DNA of 29,547 nt from an uncultured Elusimicrobium sp. (GTDB lineage Bacteria > Elusimicrobiota > Endomicrobiia > Endomicrobiales > Endomicrobiaceae), in assembly GCA_902761395.1 (NCBI GenBank), contig CACWKJ010000003.1:1-29547 (forward strand). Direction: 5' to 3'. Position numbers and translations under genes: made by a program. Positions 8,296 through 17,632 of this stretch are shown here, piece after piece; position 1 is the stretch's first letter; each line of letters opens with the position of its first letter. A model generated the notes under the pieces. The model saw only the letters and a list, made by a program, of their open reading frames with translations. It had not been told where the DNA came from and did not search any database.

Positions 8296-8964
8296 ATGGC
8301 TATTAATATTCATAAGAGTAAAGAAAACATAGATATCGAAGAAGCTCTCGGAGTAATCTGGACTTCTCTTCAAAGAAACGAAGACGATTTCGAAAAAGTT
8401 TCCGAAACAATAGAAAAAGGTGTATCAAAAAATATAACCAATATTCTCTTGGAAAAGAATTTTATAATTAAAGAAAAAAATAAAATAAAACTTACCGATG
8501 CCGGTGAAGATTTAGGTAAACAACTTACAAGAAGACACAGACTTACAGAAAGATTGTTGGCCGACGTTTTGGATTTTAACAGACAGGATATAGAAAAAAT
8601 TGCCTGTGATTTGGAACATAACCTTTCCACCGATTTGGCAGACTCTATCTGTACATTGCTCGGACATCCGAAACAATGTCCGCACGGAAACCCTATTCCG
8701 GAAGGAAACTGTTGTAAAAATTCGAGCAGCAAAATAGAATCTATCGTTGTTCCGTTATCAAAAATAGATATTGCCGAAGAAGTTACTCTTTCGTATATAG
8801 TTACAACAAATCACGACTATATGCACAAACTTTTATCTATCGGTTTGGTTCCGGGAACAAAATTGAAATTGCACCAAAAGTTTCCTACATATATCGTGAA
8901 AGTTAACGAAACACAAATTGCTTTGGACGGTGAAGTTGCAAATCTTATTTATGTAAGAAAATAA
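8296..8964 (+). CDS. DtxR/MntR/IdeR-family metal-dependent repressor with C-terminal FeoA domain
   Basis: LTDAG, RRHRLTERLL, ACDLEH, LGHPKQCPHGNPIP, and FeoA-like KLLSIGLVPG. SD AAGGAG. Confidence 0.9.
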   Translation: MAINIHKSKENIDIEEALGVIWTSLQRNEDDFEKVSETIEKGVSKNITNILLEKNFIIKEKNKIKLTDAGEDLGKQLTRRHRLTERLLADVLDFNRQDIEKIACDLEHNLSTDLADSICTLLGHPKQCPHGNPIPEGNCCKNSSSKIESIVVPLSKIDIAEEVTLSYIVTTNHDYMHKLLSIGLVPGTKLKLHQKFPTYIVKVNETQIALDGEVANLIYVRK

Positions 8965-8992
8965 AAGTGTAAAGTTTTGTATAATTTAGAGT

Positions 8993-9463
8993 ATGAAAGT
9001 TATAAAAATTGTAATATTAACATTATTGATAACATTTTTACTTTTTGCAGCATCTGTTTATATAACTTTTAAATATATTCTTACTCCGGAAAGAATAAAA
9101 AATTATGTGAGAACTTACATAGAAACAACAATAAGTGAACAGTTTGAAAAATATAAAAAAGAATTGATGGACAAACTCTTTATGTCGGGCTTTTCAAGTG
9201 ATAAAGAAAAAGAACAAAAAGTTGAAACCAAAGATACTAAAAAACTCGACGAGAACGTTGAAAGCGTTGAAGTATTGGAAAGTGTGGGGGATATAAATTC
9301 GTTGGCTGCAAGATATGCAAATATTGATGTGACACAGGGAATAAATGATATAAATGTTTTAACATCGGAAGTATTTAGCGATGTTAATACCAAAATGGAA
9401 AAATTAAAATATAAGATAACGGAATTTTTTGGAAACAAAGACCAAAATACCGAAGAGGAATAA
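8993..9463 (+). CDS. Hypothetical protein with single N-terminal membrane anchor
   Basis: Hydrophobic residues 4-30, then a charged helical region. Abuts murC. Confidence 0.65.
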   Translation: MKVIKIVILTLLITFLLFAASVYITFKYILTPERIKNYVRTYIETTISEQFEKYKKELMDKLFMSGFSSDKEKEQKVETKDTKKLDENVESVEVLESVGDINSLAARYANIDVTQGINDINVLTSEVFSDVNTKMEKLKYKITEFFGNKDQNTEEE

Positions 9464-9464
9464 A

Positions 9465-10817
9465 ATGTTTAACGGAAAACAAAGAATACATTTTGTTGGT
9501 ATCGGCGGGTCGGGAATGAGCGGTATTGCCGAGGTGGCATTAAATTTGGGACATCAGGTTTCAGGTTCGGATATTAAAAAAACCGAAGTGACACAAAGAT
9601 TAAAAGAGTTAGGCGCAAAAATATATATCGGTCATAAAGCCGAAAATGTAAAAAATGTGGATGTTGTCGTAACATCTACCGCAATTTCAAAAGATAACCC
9701 CGAAGTTAAACAGGCAATAAAAGAAAAAATAATCATTATTCCCAGAATAGAAATGCTTGCGGAACTTGCAAGATTAAAATATACAATTACCATTGCGGGA
9801 ACTCACGGTAAAACAACCACAACATCAATGACGTCTATGATATTGGATGAAGGCGGATTTGATCCCACAATAGTTATCGGCGGAAAACTGAAAAATTTAA
9901 AAACCAATGCAAGACTCGGTAAAGGTGAATATATAATTGCCGAAGCAGACGAATCCGACGGATCGTTTTTAAAACTTTCACCTGTACTGACAATAGTTAC
10001 AAACATAGATAACGACCATCTTGATTATTACGGTTCCATGGACAACTTAAAACAGGCTTTTATTAAGCACATAAACAGTCTTCCGTTTTACGGTTGTGCA
10101 ATGGTTTGTACCGACAGTCCTTTGGTTAAAGAAGTGTTACCTTATGCAACAAGAAAATATATCACTTACGGATTTAAAGGTAACCCCGACATAACCGCAA
10201 CAGATATTACCGTTGTTAACGGTAACACGGAATACAATGTTATTTATAAAGGTAAAAAACTCGGCAAAATATTGTTGAAAGTTCCGGGTGAACACAATGT
10301 GTTAAATTCGTTGGCGGCAATAGGTATAGGATTACAATTTGATATACCTTTTGTGACAATAAAAGAGGCTCTCTTTAAATTCGGCGGAGTAGGCAGAAGA
10401 CTTGAAGTTAAAGGTGAAAAAAACGGTATAACGGTTATCGACGATTACGGTCATCATCCAACGGAAATAAATGCCACCCTTTCGGCTTTAAAACATAACT
10501 ATCCTCACAAAAGGTTAGTTACAATATTTCAACCGCACAGATACACGAGAACACAAAATTTGTATAAAGAATTCGGTAAGGCATTAAAAAAAGCAGATGT
10601 CGTATATATAATGGATATTTATGCAGCAAGTGAAAAACCTATCAAAGGTGTAACCGCGGATTTAATAGTAACGGCTGCAAAACAAAATAAGTGTAATGTA
10701 GAAAAATTTACGGACATAAAATCTATAGCACAAACATTAAAAGAAAATGATATTTTGCTTACATTAGGTGCAGGTAATGTTTGGCAACAAGGTGAAGAAT
10801 TATTGAAAATATTATAA
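9465..10817 (+). CDS. murC: UDP-N-acetylmuramate--L-alanine ligase
   Basis: MFNGKQRIHFVGIGGSGMSG, GTHGKTTT, EADESDGSF, DDYGHHPTE and FQPHRYTR. ATG 9465 is preferred over the upstream TTG. Confidence 0.96.
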   Translation: MFNGKQRIHFVGIGGSGMSGIAEVALNLGHQVSGSDIKKTEVTQRLKELGAKIYIGHKAENVKNVDVVVTSTAISKDNPEVKQAIKEKIIIIPRIEMLAELARLKYTITIAGTHGKTTTTSMTSMILDEGGFDPTIVIGGKLKNLKTNARLGKGEYIIAEADESDGSFLKLSPVLTIVTNIDNDHLDYYGSMDNLKQAFIKHINSLPFYGCAMVCTDSPLVKEVLPYATRKYITYGFKGNPDITATDITVVNGNTEYNVIYKGKKLGKILLKVPGEHNVLNSLAAIGIGLQFDIPFVTIKEALFKFGGVGRRLEVKGEKNGITVIDDYGHHPTEINATLSALKHNYPHKRLVTIFQPHRYTRTQNLYKEFGKALKKADVVYIMDIYAASEKPIKGVTADLIVTAAKQNKCNVEKFTDIKSIAQTLKENDILLTLGAGNVWQQGEELLKIL

Positions 10818-10836
10818 TACAAAATAAGGAGAGAAA

Positions 10837-11589
10837 ATGATTAATTTTAAAAAGTTGGCAATCAGTTTTATTGCGGTTTGTTTTATTGTTCCAATGGCTT
10901 TTGCAGAAGATGAACTTATAATAAAAAATCAATACGGTGAATATGTTTACGAAATTATAATGAGCAAATTGGTTAGCAAGGGAATGTTCGATGAAATTAA
11001 ATTTGAAAATAAATCTTCGTATCCTTTAAAATTTATATCTTGTACGGTTAGAATTAACGGCAGAGATCACGATATGAGACCTATACCGTTGTTAAAACTC
11101 AGAGGTTCTGAAAATTTTGACGGCTTTTTTAAAGATGACATGATTAAAGAATTTCCGAAATTTTTCGGGAAAGACGGAAGATTTTCAAGCAAAAACAACA
11201 ATCTTGTAAGATTTACTTTTAAATTTATGGATCACGATTCGGATGTTGTAATAACCGATGTTTACGAAAAAGACAACGATATATGTTTTGTTGTTTCCGA
11301 TGTTACAAAAGATACAAATGTTACCGATACCGGTACCGTTGCCGATGAACAACCTGCCGTTGAATCTAAACACGAATCTAAACCTGAACCTGCAAAAACA
11401 CAGGAAAAAGTATCGAAACAAGAACCTAAACCCGAACCGGTGCAACAGACACAAGAACAAATTCCCGGAACAAATATATCGGAACCGGTTTCGGAGCTTG
11501 TACCTGTATCGACAGGTGATGATAAAATAGTTGTTATAGAAGGGAAAACTTATTTGCTTCACGAAGGTAAAGCGTATATTGTACAATAA
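10837..11589 (+). CDS. Exported hypothetical protein with Pro/Glu/Lys-rich linker
   Basis: Signal peptide ending MAFA and SD AAGGAG. Globular N-domain, EPKPEP linker and short C-terminal beta motif. Confidence 0.75.
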   Translation: MINFKKLAISFIAVCFIVPMAFAEDELIIKNQYGEYVYEIIMSKLVSKGMFDEIKFENKSSYPLKFISCTVRINGRDHDMRPIPLLKLRGSENFDGFFKDDMIKEFPKFFGKDGRFSSKNNNLVRFTFKFMDHDSDVVITDVYEKDNDICFVVSDVTKDTNVTDTGTVADEQPAVESKHESKPEPAKTQEKVSKQEPKPEPVQQTQEQIPGTNISEPVSELVPVSTGDDKIVVIEGKTYLLHEGKAYIVQ

Positions 11590-11639
11590 AGAATTATAAA
11601 ATACGGAAATATAAAATTGTAAGCGTTCGGGAGAATAAA

Positions 11640-12593
11640 ATTAATAATACGGAAGAATTTTTATCATCAATAAACTGTAATTATAAATGCAACGAACCGT
11701 TATCAAAACATACTACATTGTGTATCGGCGGTAATGCCGACTATTTTGTTGAAGTTGAAACAGAACAACAATTAGTATCGTTGTTAAAATTTATAAACGA
11801 AAACAATATAAAATTTTTTGTTATCGGCGGCGGTTCCAACCTGTTATTCGGTGATGAAGGTTTTAAAGGTATAGTAATAAAATTATCATTAAGTTCAAAC
11901 AGTGAATTTGCAAGAATCGGAAACAAAGAAGAAATAGATGCCTGGAACGATAATGAAACGGAATCACTCGATAATAATACGGTAAGAATTTGTTGCGGAG
12001 CGGCGGTAAGTTTGGCTTATTTGGCAATAAAAACAGCCGAACACGGTTTAAGCGGGCTGGAATATCTTTCGGCAATACCGGGAACCGTAGGCGGTGCGGT
12101 GTTCGGAAATGCCGGTGTAAAAAATTGTTCGATGTCCGACATTGTTGATAAAATAGAAGTTATAGATTATTCGGGTAACAAAAGAGTTTTAACTAAAAAT
12201 AATATTAATTTTGAATACAGGAAAAGTGACTTGCAAGGCAACATTATAACCAAGATATTTTTTATCTTGAAAAATGCTGATAAAAATGATATTTTAAAGA
12301 CGATTTCACAAGAGCGAAAAAGAAGAATAAATTCGCAACCAATCGGCACTAAAAATGCGGGGTGTGTATTTAAGAATCCCGAAAGTGATAGTGCAGGACG
12401 ACTTATAGACTCTCTAAATCTTAAAAATTACAGTGTCGGCGGAATAAAAATATCCGATGTGCATGCAAATTTCTTTGTTAACGAAGATAACGGCTGTGCA
12501 CAAGATATGTTAAAGTTAATCGATTTTGTAAAAGATGAAGTTTACAAAAAATATAGTATAAAACTTGAAACGGAAATAAAGATAATAAAATGA
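11640..12593 (+). CDS. murB: UDP-N-acetylenolpyruvoylglucosamine reductase (probable ATT start)
   Basis: NEPLSKHTTLCIGG lies upstream of the TTG at 11718. Also GGGSNLL, IPGTVGGAVFGNAG, NAGCVFKNP, HANF and LETEI. Confidence 0.93.
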   Translation: MNNTEEFLSSINCNYKCNEPLSKHTTLCIGGNADYFVEVETEQQLVSLLKFINENNIKFFVIGGGSNLLFGDEGFKGIVIKLSLSSNSEFARIGNKEEIDAWNDNETESLDNNTVRICCGAAVSLAYLAIKTAEHGLSGLEYLSAIPGTVGGAVFGNAGVKNCSMSDIVDKIEVIDYSGNKRVLTKNNINFEYRKSDLQGNIITKIFFILKNADKNDILKTISQERKRRINSQPIGTKNAGCVFKNPESDSAGRLIDSLNLKNYSVGGIKISDVHANFFVNEDNGCAQDMLKLIDFVKDEVYKKYSIKLETEIKIIK

Positions 12594-13489
12594 TAAATTT
12601 AAAAAAGAAAAAAATAGGTGTGTTGTGCGGCGGAACATCGTCGGAAAGAGAAATTTCTTTAATGTCGGGAAAAGCAGTTTATAATGCAATAAAAAAGTTG
12701 GGCTTAAAAGTTGTATTGATAGATGTAAACAAAAATGTAGCGCAGAAGTTGGTAAAAGAAAAAATAGATTTGGCATATATAACTTTGCACGGAACACCGG
12801 GTGAAGACGGAACAATTCAGGGTATGCTTGAAATTATGGGTATTCCTTATACGGGTTGCGGTGTGTTTTCCAGTTCTGCAACAATAGACAAAATAATATC
12901 GAAAAAAATGTTTGAAGCCGCAAAAATCCCGACGGCAAAATGGACAATAATAGAAAAACTAAAACCGTTTGAAGAAATATCGTATCCTGTAGTTGTAAAA
13001 CCGGCATCGCAAGGTTCTGCAATAGGAATATCGATAGTAAAAAATAAAAAAGAATTTGAAAAAGCCGTAAAACTTGCTTTTTCTTACGAAGACAGAATAT
13101 TGGCGGAAAAATATATTAAAGGTGTTGAAGTTACGGCAGGTGTATTAAACGGTAATCCGTTACCTGTTATAGAAATTGTGCCTAAAGGTAAATTTTACGA
13201 TTTTAAATCTAAATATACCGTAGGGCAATCAACACACATTATTCCTGCAAGATTACCGGAAAAAGTATTGAAAAAAATACAAAATATCGCACTTAAAGTT
13301 TACGACGAGTTCAGATGTAACGGAACATGCAGAGTTGATATGATAGTGGATAAAAATAACGATATATATGTTTTGGAAGTAAACACTCTTCCCGGTATGA
13401 CACAGACATCGTTGTTTCCCGATGCGGCAAAACATATGGGCTTAAGTTTTGAAGATTTGGTTTTGGAAATTTTAAAGTCGGCAAAATAA
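12590..13489 (+). CDS. ddl: D-alanine--D-alanine ligase
   Basis: GGTSSEREISL, LHGTPGEDG, VVKP, QGSAIG, FYDFKSKY, EVNTLPGMT and SLFP. Confidence 0.96.
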   Translation: MINLKKKKIGVLCGGTSSEREISLMSGKAVYNAIKKLGLKVVLIDVNKNVAQKLVKEKIDLAYITLHGTPGEDGTIQGMLEIMGIPYTGCGVFSSSATIDKIISKKMFEAAKIPTAKWTIIEKLKPFEEISYPVVVKPASQGSAIGISIVKNKKEFEKAVKLAFSYEDRILAEKYIKGVEVTAGVLNGNPLPVIEIVPKGKFYDFKSKYTVGQSTHIIPARLPEKVLKKIQNIALKVYDEFRCNGTCRVDMIVDKNNDIYVLEVNTLPGMTQTSLFPDAAKHMGLSFEDLVLEILKSAK

Positions 13490-13491
13490 AA

Positions 13492-14418
13492 ATGGCTATA
13501 AAAATAATTAAAGATAAAACAATAAAAAAGAAAACGACAAAAAAAACTGCTAAGAAAAAATCGAACAGCAGAAACACAAGATATGTTGAAATGGCTATGC
13601 CGTACAACACAATAAGTATTTCCAGAAAAACCAACAGCAAAAAAAAGAAATCAAGCAAGAAAATAATTTTAAAACTTTTTATGTTGGCTTTTATTGTTTG
13701 TTTATGTTTTTCTTCGGTGTATGCATATAACCATTTAAAAACTTATTTGTGTTCTCTTGAAAGATTCTTTATAGATACAATAGAAATTACGGGTTGCAAC
13801 AATGTTGCCGAATCGGAAATAAAAAAATTAATTCCGTTTGAAGTCGGTGAAAGTTCTTTTGCCGTAAATTTGGGCAGAGCGGAAAAAGAATTAAAAGAGT
13901 TTAGCGCCGAAATAAAAGATATTTCCATTTACAGAACAAACTGGGGTAAAAAAATAGTTGTTTCCTTAACGGAAAGATTACCTGAAGTGTTTATTATGGT
14001 CGGCGATAAAAAATTGGGATTGGATTTTGATAACAAACCTTTCAATTTAAGAGGTAACATGTTTTCAATGGCAGTTCCGACTTTAGTATTTGATACCGAC
14101 GAAGAAAGAAAAGAACTGTTAACTTTTTATTATAAAATAAAAAAGAAATTAGGCAACCTCGTTTCACAAATTACCGAAATAAAATACGGGGAAGTTGAAG
14201 ATATAGTTTTAACAATAAATAATAAAACTGTTTTGTATTGGGGTGTGCCCCAGGATAACAAAACAGACGAAAAAGTGGCAAAATTAAACAAAGTTTTGGA
14301 AAAGTTGTCGTGGAAAACAGATAACATCGATTATATAGATTTAAGTTTTATAGACGGCAACAAAAATAAAGTTTTTGTAGGTCGTTCGGTTGTTACCGAA
14401 GAAGAAAGCAAGGCATAA
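13492..14418 (+). CDS. ftsQ: Cell division protein FtsQ/DivIB
   Basis: Lys-rich cytoplasmic N-terminus, one TM helix, POTRA-like domain and YIDL motif. Located between ddl and ftsA. Confidence 0.8.
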   Translation: MAIKIIKDKTIKKKTTKKTAKKKSNSRNTRYVEMAMPYNTISISRKTNSKKKKSSKKIILKLFMLAFIVCLCFSSVYAYNHLKTYLCSLERFFIDTIEITGCNNVAESEIKKLIPFEVGESSFAVNLGRAEKELKEFSAEIKDISIYRTNWGKKIVVSLTERLPEVFIMVGDKKLGLDFDNKPFNLRGNMFSMAVPTLVFDTDEERKELLTFYYKIKKKLGNLVSQITEIKYGEVEDIVLTINNKTVLYWGVPQDNKTDEKVAKLNKVLEKLSWKTDNIDYIDLSFIDGNKNKVFVGRSVVTEEESKA

Positions 14419-14433
14419 AACAGGAGTAAAAAT

Positions 14434-15669
14434 ATGGAAAAGATAGATGCTCTTATAAGTTTGGATTTGGGTACAAGTTCTATCCACGGAGTAATTGCAA
14501 AAATAAACGAAGAAAATAAAATAGAAGTTTTGTCTGCGGATACATATGCTTCCGACGGAGTAAAAAACGGAGTAATTTCCGATATCGGTGCCGCGGAATT
14601 TACCGTAAAGAAATTTTTATCTAAAGCGGAAGAAGAATTTAATGTGGAAAATGTAGATTTATTGTGTGCCGTAAGAGGTGCTTTAATAGAAGTTAACAAT
14701 GCCAACACGAGAATGAAAATAGATGAAGAAGAAGGCGGTGTTGTTACCGACCAAACGGTTGCCGAACTTATGGAAAGATTGGAAGAAGGACACAAAATTC
14801 CCGACACAAAAGAAATAATAGATATAATTCCGCAACAATACAAAATAGATGAACAGGTAGTACAAAATCCTATTCGTATGAGCGGAAAACATTTGGAATT
14901 AACGGCTCTTGTTATTTCCGGAACAAAAAGTAATATGTCTAACATTAAACAGGCAACGGGCGGCGATAAATTAAGATACGGATACAGTTCCATTTCCGAT
15001 ACTTTGGTTTCCAACGACGATAAAGATTTGGGTTGTATATTGATAGATATCGGCGGTATGACAACAGGTATAGTTGTTTATGCCGAAGGTAAACTGAAAC
15101 ATTCTTTTGAGTTGGATTTCGGTTCCGATTATATTACAAGAGATATTGCCGCAAAACTTAAAATTACAAAAAAAGAAGCGACAAACATAAAAGAAAAATA
15201 CGGTTGTGTTTTGGAAGATCTTATAACCGAAAACACTGCATTCGAATATACGGTTCCGGGAAACAAAACACAGAAATATACCGTTAGAGATTTGATAGAT
15301 ATAATAAAACCTCAGGTTGAGGTACAATTGGACGAAATAGAAAAAGTATTCAAAAAGAAAGGTATTGTACCGGGTGAATATGTCGGAGGTTTTATTCTTA
15401 CCGGCGGAGGTTCTTTGCTCAAAGGTATGCCTGAAGCTTTTTCAAAATATTTCGAAGCGGTTACAAAATGCGCAAATTTCACCGATGAAGATTTTATATG
15501 TTACGATGATAATATAATAAATTCTCAAATTTATACTACGGCTCTTGCCTTGCTTAAAAATAACACAAAAAATTTGAGTACATCGGGTATGTCGGAAAGA
15601 AAAACCCGTAAACAGAAAGGACCCGGATTTATGGATACCATGAAATCTTGGTTCAGCAATTTTAAATAA
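14434..15669 (+). CDS. ftsA: Cell division protein FtsA (divergent)
   Basis: LDLGT, IIPQQYKID, PIRMSG, IDIGG and LTGGGSLLKG, with a C-terminal amphipathic helix FMDTMKSWFSNFK. Confidence 0.9.
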   Translation: MEKIDALISLDLGTSSIHGVIAKINEENKIEVLSADTYASDGVKNGVISDIGAAEFTVKKFLSKAEEEFNVENVDLLCAVRGALIEVNNANTRMKIDEEEGGVVTDQTVAELMERLEEGHKIPDTKEIIDIIPQQYKIDEQVVQNPIRMSGKHLELTALVISGTKSNMSNIKQATGGDKLRYGYSSISDTLVSNDDKDLGCILIDIGGMTTGIVVYAEGKLKHSFELDFGSDYITRDIAAKLKITKKEATNIKEKYGCVLEDLITENTAFEYTVPGNKTQKYTVRDLIDIIKPQVEVQLDEIEKVFKKKGIVPGEYVGGFILTGGGSLLKGMPEAFSKYFEAVTKCANFTDEDFICYDDNIINSQIYTTALALLKNNTKNLSTSGMSERKTRKQKGPGFMDTMKSWFSNFK

Positions 15670-15690
15670 AAATTTATCGGAGTTATAAAT

Positions 15691-16815
15691 ATGGAAAATT
15701 TGGAAATAAGATTTCCCAACAGCAATAATAATATTGTGGTGAACAAAACGGCTGATGCAAATATAAAAATTGTCGGTGTCGGCGGAGCCGGAACAAATGC
15801 CATAACAAGAATGATAACTGCAAATATTACCGGTGTTCAATTATATGCCGTAAATACCGATAACGGAAGTTTAAAAAAATCCGCTGCGGAAAACAGAATT
15901 GCAATAGGAACAGGTTTAGGTGTCGGCGGAGATCCCGTAAAAGGTGAAATGTATGCCGAAGAAGCAATAGATAAATTCAAAGATATGTTGCAGGGTGCCG
16001 ATATGGTATTCATTACCACCGGTATGGGCGGCGGAACGGGAACAGGTGCTGCACCGGTTATCGCAAGAGTATCAAAAGAGTTGGGAATATTAACGATAGG
16101 TGTTGTGACAAGACCTTTTACCGCGGAAGGACCGGAAAGAGTATCGAATGCAAATAAAGGTATTGCAAAATTAAGAGAATATACGGATGCTTTAATAGTT
16201 ATTCCCAACGACAGAATATTTTCTTCTTTAATAGACGAAAAAACTCATTACGAACAAGGTTTTGTTTTTATAGATGATGTTTTAAGAAGAGCAATAGAAT
16301 CTATAACCGATACAATAACAAAAACAGGAACCATAAACATAGATTTTGCCGATGTAAAAGGTGTATTATCAAATGCCGATAATGCAATTATCGGGCTTGG
16401 TGACGGTAAAAACTTTGAAGAAGCATTTCATAATGCTATCACAAACAAGTTTGTTGAAGGTGAAGATATAGTAAATGCAAACAGAATTTTAATAAATATT
16501 TCTTATTCCAAAGTAAGTGAAATAGCAATAAGCGATGCCAAGTTGGCATACGATTATGTTGCAAAAGAATTCAAACATTATAAATCGTTGAAAGTAGGAA
16601 ATATAGAAAATAACGATTTGGATACCAAAATAAGAGTGGCAATAATAGCTTCGTTCAGAAACGAAGAAGAAAAATCAAAAGCCAATGCCGATTTATTTGA
16701 AGATGCCAAACAACAAGAAGAAGAAAAGCAACAACAACGTGAAGCAAAAGAAGCGGAAAGCAACGATGTATTCGGCAGACCGGCCTACGAAACACACAGA
16801 CCTAAAAGATTATAA
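15691..16815 (+). CDS. ftsZ: Cell division protein FtsZ (divergent)
   Basis: IKIVGVGGAG, AVNTD, GMGGGTGTG, TRPF, IPND and T7 loop INIDFADV. Confidence 0.96.
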   Translation: MENLEIRFPNSNNNIVVNKTADANIKIVGVGGAGTNAITRMITANITGVQLYAVNTDNGSLKKSAAENRIAIGTGLGVGGDPVKGEMYAEEAIDKFKDMLQGADMVFITTGMGGGTGTGAAPVIARVSKELGILTIGVVTRPFTAEGPERVSNANKGIAKLREYTDALIVIPNDRIFSSLIDEKTHYEQGFVFIDDVLRRAIESITDTITKTGTINIDFADVKGVLSNADNAIIGLGDGKNFEEAFHNAITNKFVEGEDIVNANRILINISYSKVSEIAISDAKLAYDYVAKEFKHYKSLKVGNIENNDLDTKIRVAIIASFRNEEEKSKANADLFEDAKQQEEEKQQQREAKEAESNDVFGRPAYETHRPKRL

Positions 16816-16820
16816 AGGTT

Positions 16821-17486
16821 ATGCAAAAAGATAATATCGTAACTATCGAAAAAAACTTTGACACTTTTCATTTAACCACAACAAGATATTGCGGTAACAT
16901 GAAAGATATAAATGAAAGAGAAGCTTTTTGTAATTCCTTCGGTATCGATTCAACAAAAATAGTTTTTGCAAATCAGGTTCACGGAACAATGGTGAAAAAG
17001 GTTTCATCCGCCGATTGCGGAACTTTTATTGCCGATTGTGACGGTTTAATAACAGATGATAAAAATATATTTTTATGTATCTTTACCGCCGATTGTATGC
17101 CCGTATTTTTGGCTTCAAGAGATTATTCCGTGGTTGCCATGGTACATGCGGGTTGGCGTGGCCTTGCCGGCGGCATAATTGAAAGTGCGACAATAAGATT
17201 TTTGGAAGATTTCGGTATAAGCACACAGGATATATTCGCTTATGTAGGTCCGCACATAGGACAATGTTGTTATCAGGTGGGGGATGAACTTAAAAAAGCT
17301 TTTAACAGACCTGCCGATGAAGAATATTTTTCTTTGGCAAAAGAAGCACAAAGGCAGTTTAAAAAATTAGGCATAAAAAAATCATATATAAATTCTCATT
17401 GTACCTGCCATGAATATGAAATGTTTTTCTCTTACAGAAGGGAACCTACCGACAAAAGAATAATGTCGTTAATTAAATGTAAATAA
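16821..17486 (+). CDS. pgeF: Peptidoglycan editing factor / purine nucleoside phosphorylase PgeF (YfiH)
   Basis: NQVHG, DGLIT, TADCMPV, HAGWRG, GPHIGQCCYQV, CTC and FFSYRR. Directly downstream of ftsZ. Confidence 0.92.
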   Translation: MQKDNIVTIEKNFDTFHLTTTRYCGNMKDINEREAFCNSFGIDSTKIVFANQVHGTMVKKVSSADCGTFIADCDGLITDDKNIFLCIFTADCMPVFLASRDYSVVAMVHAGWRGLAGGIIESATIRFLEDFGISTQDIFAYVGPHIGQCCYQVGDELKKAFNRPADEEYFSLAKEAQRQFKKLGIKKSYINSHCTCHEYEMFFSYRREPTDKRIMSLIKCK

Positions 17487-17500
17487 AAATCAGTAAATAA

Positions 17501-17532
17501 AAAAAGCTTGGAACTGTTTGTTCCAAGCTTTT
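17501..17532. terminator. Bidirectional rho-independent terminator
   Basis: AAAAGCTTGGAAC-TGTTT-GTTCCAAGCTTTT between convergent pgeF and tRNA-Phe. Confidence 0.85.
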
Positions 17533-17548
17533 CAATATTTTTAAAAAG

Positions 17549-17621
17549 TGCTGAGGGGCAGAATCGAACTGCCGACACAAGGTTTTTCAGACCTTTGCTC
17601 TACCGACTGAGCTACCTCAGC
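17549..17621 (-). tRNA. tRNA-Phe(GAA), CCA not encoded
   Basis: GCTGAGG/CCTCAGC acceptor stem, AAGGT-CTGAAAA-ACCTT anticodon arm and GTTCGATTC T-loop. The 3' flank reads A-CTT. Confidence 0.95.
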
Positions 17622-17632
17622 ACTTTACTTCT

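Noticed and set aside
9429-9464. TTG start for murC giving an METKTKIPKRNK extension
   Set aside because: It overlaps the upstream gene. ATG 9465 has a GAGG SD and matches the normal MurC N-terminus.
14331-15014. 227-aa minus-strand ORF and other antisense ORFs (1767-2201, 8370-8732, 11185-11586, 24400-24966, 25468-25815 etc.)
   Set aside because: Shadow frames of well-supported genes with S/F/I/L-biased composition and no family motifs.
17549-17621. tRNA-Phe as an integration site
   Set aside because: No duplicated tRNA 3' end or integrase is in the window, and the 3' flank runs straight into a terminator. Missing CCA is common.
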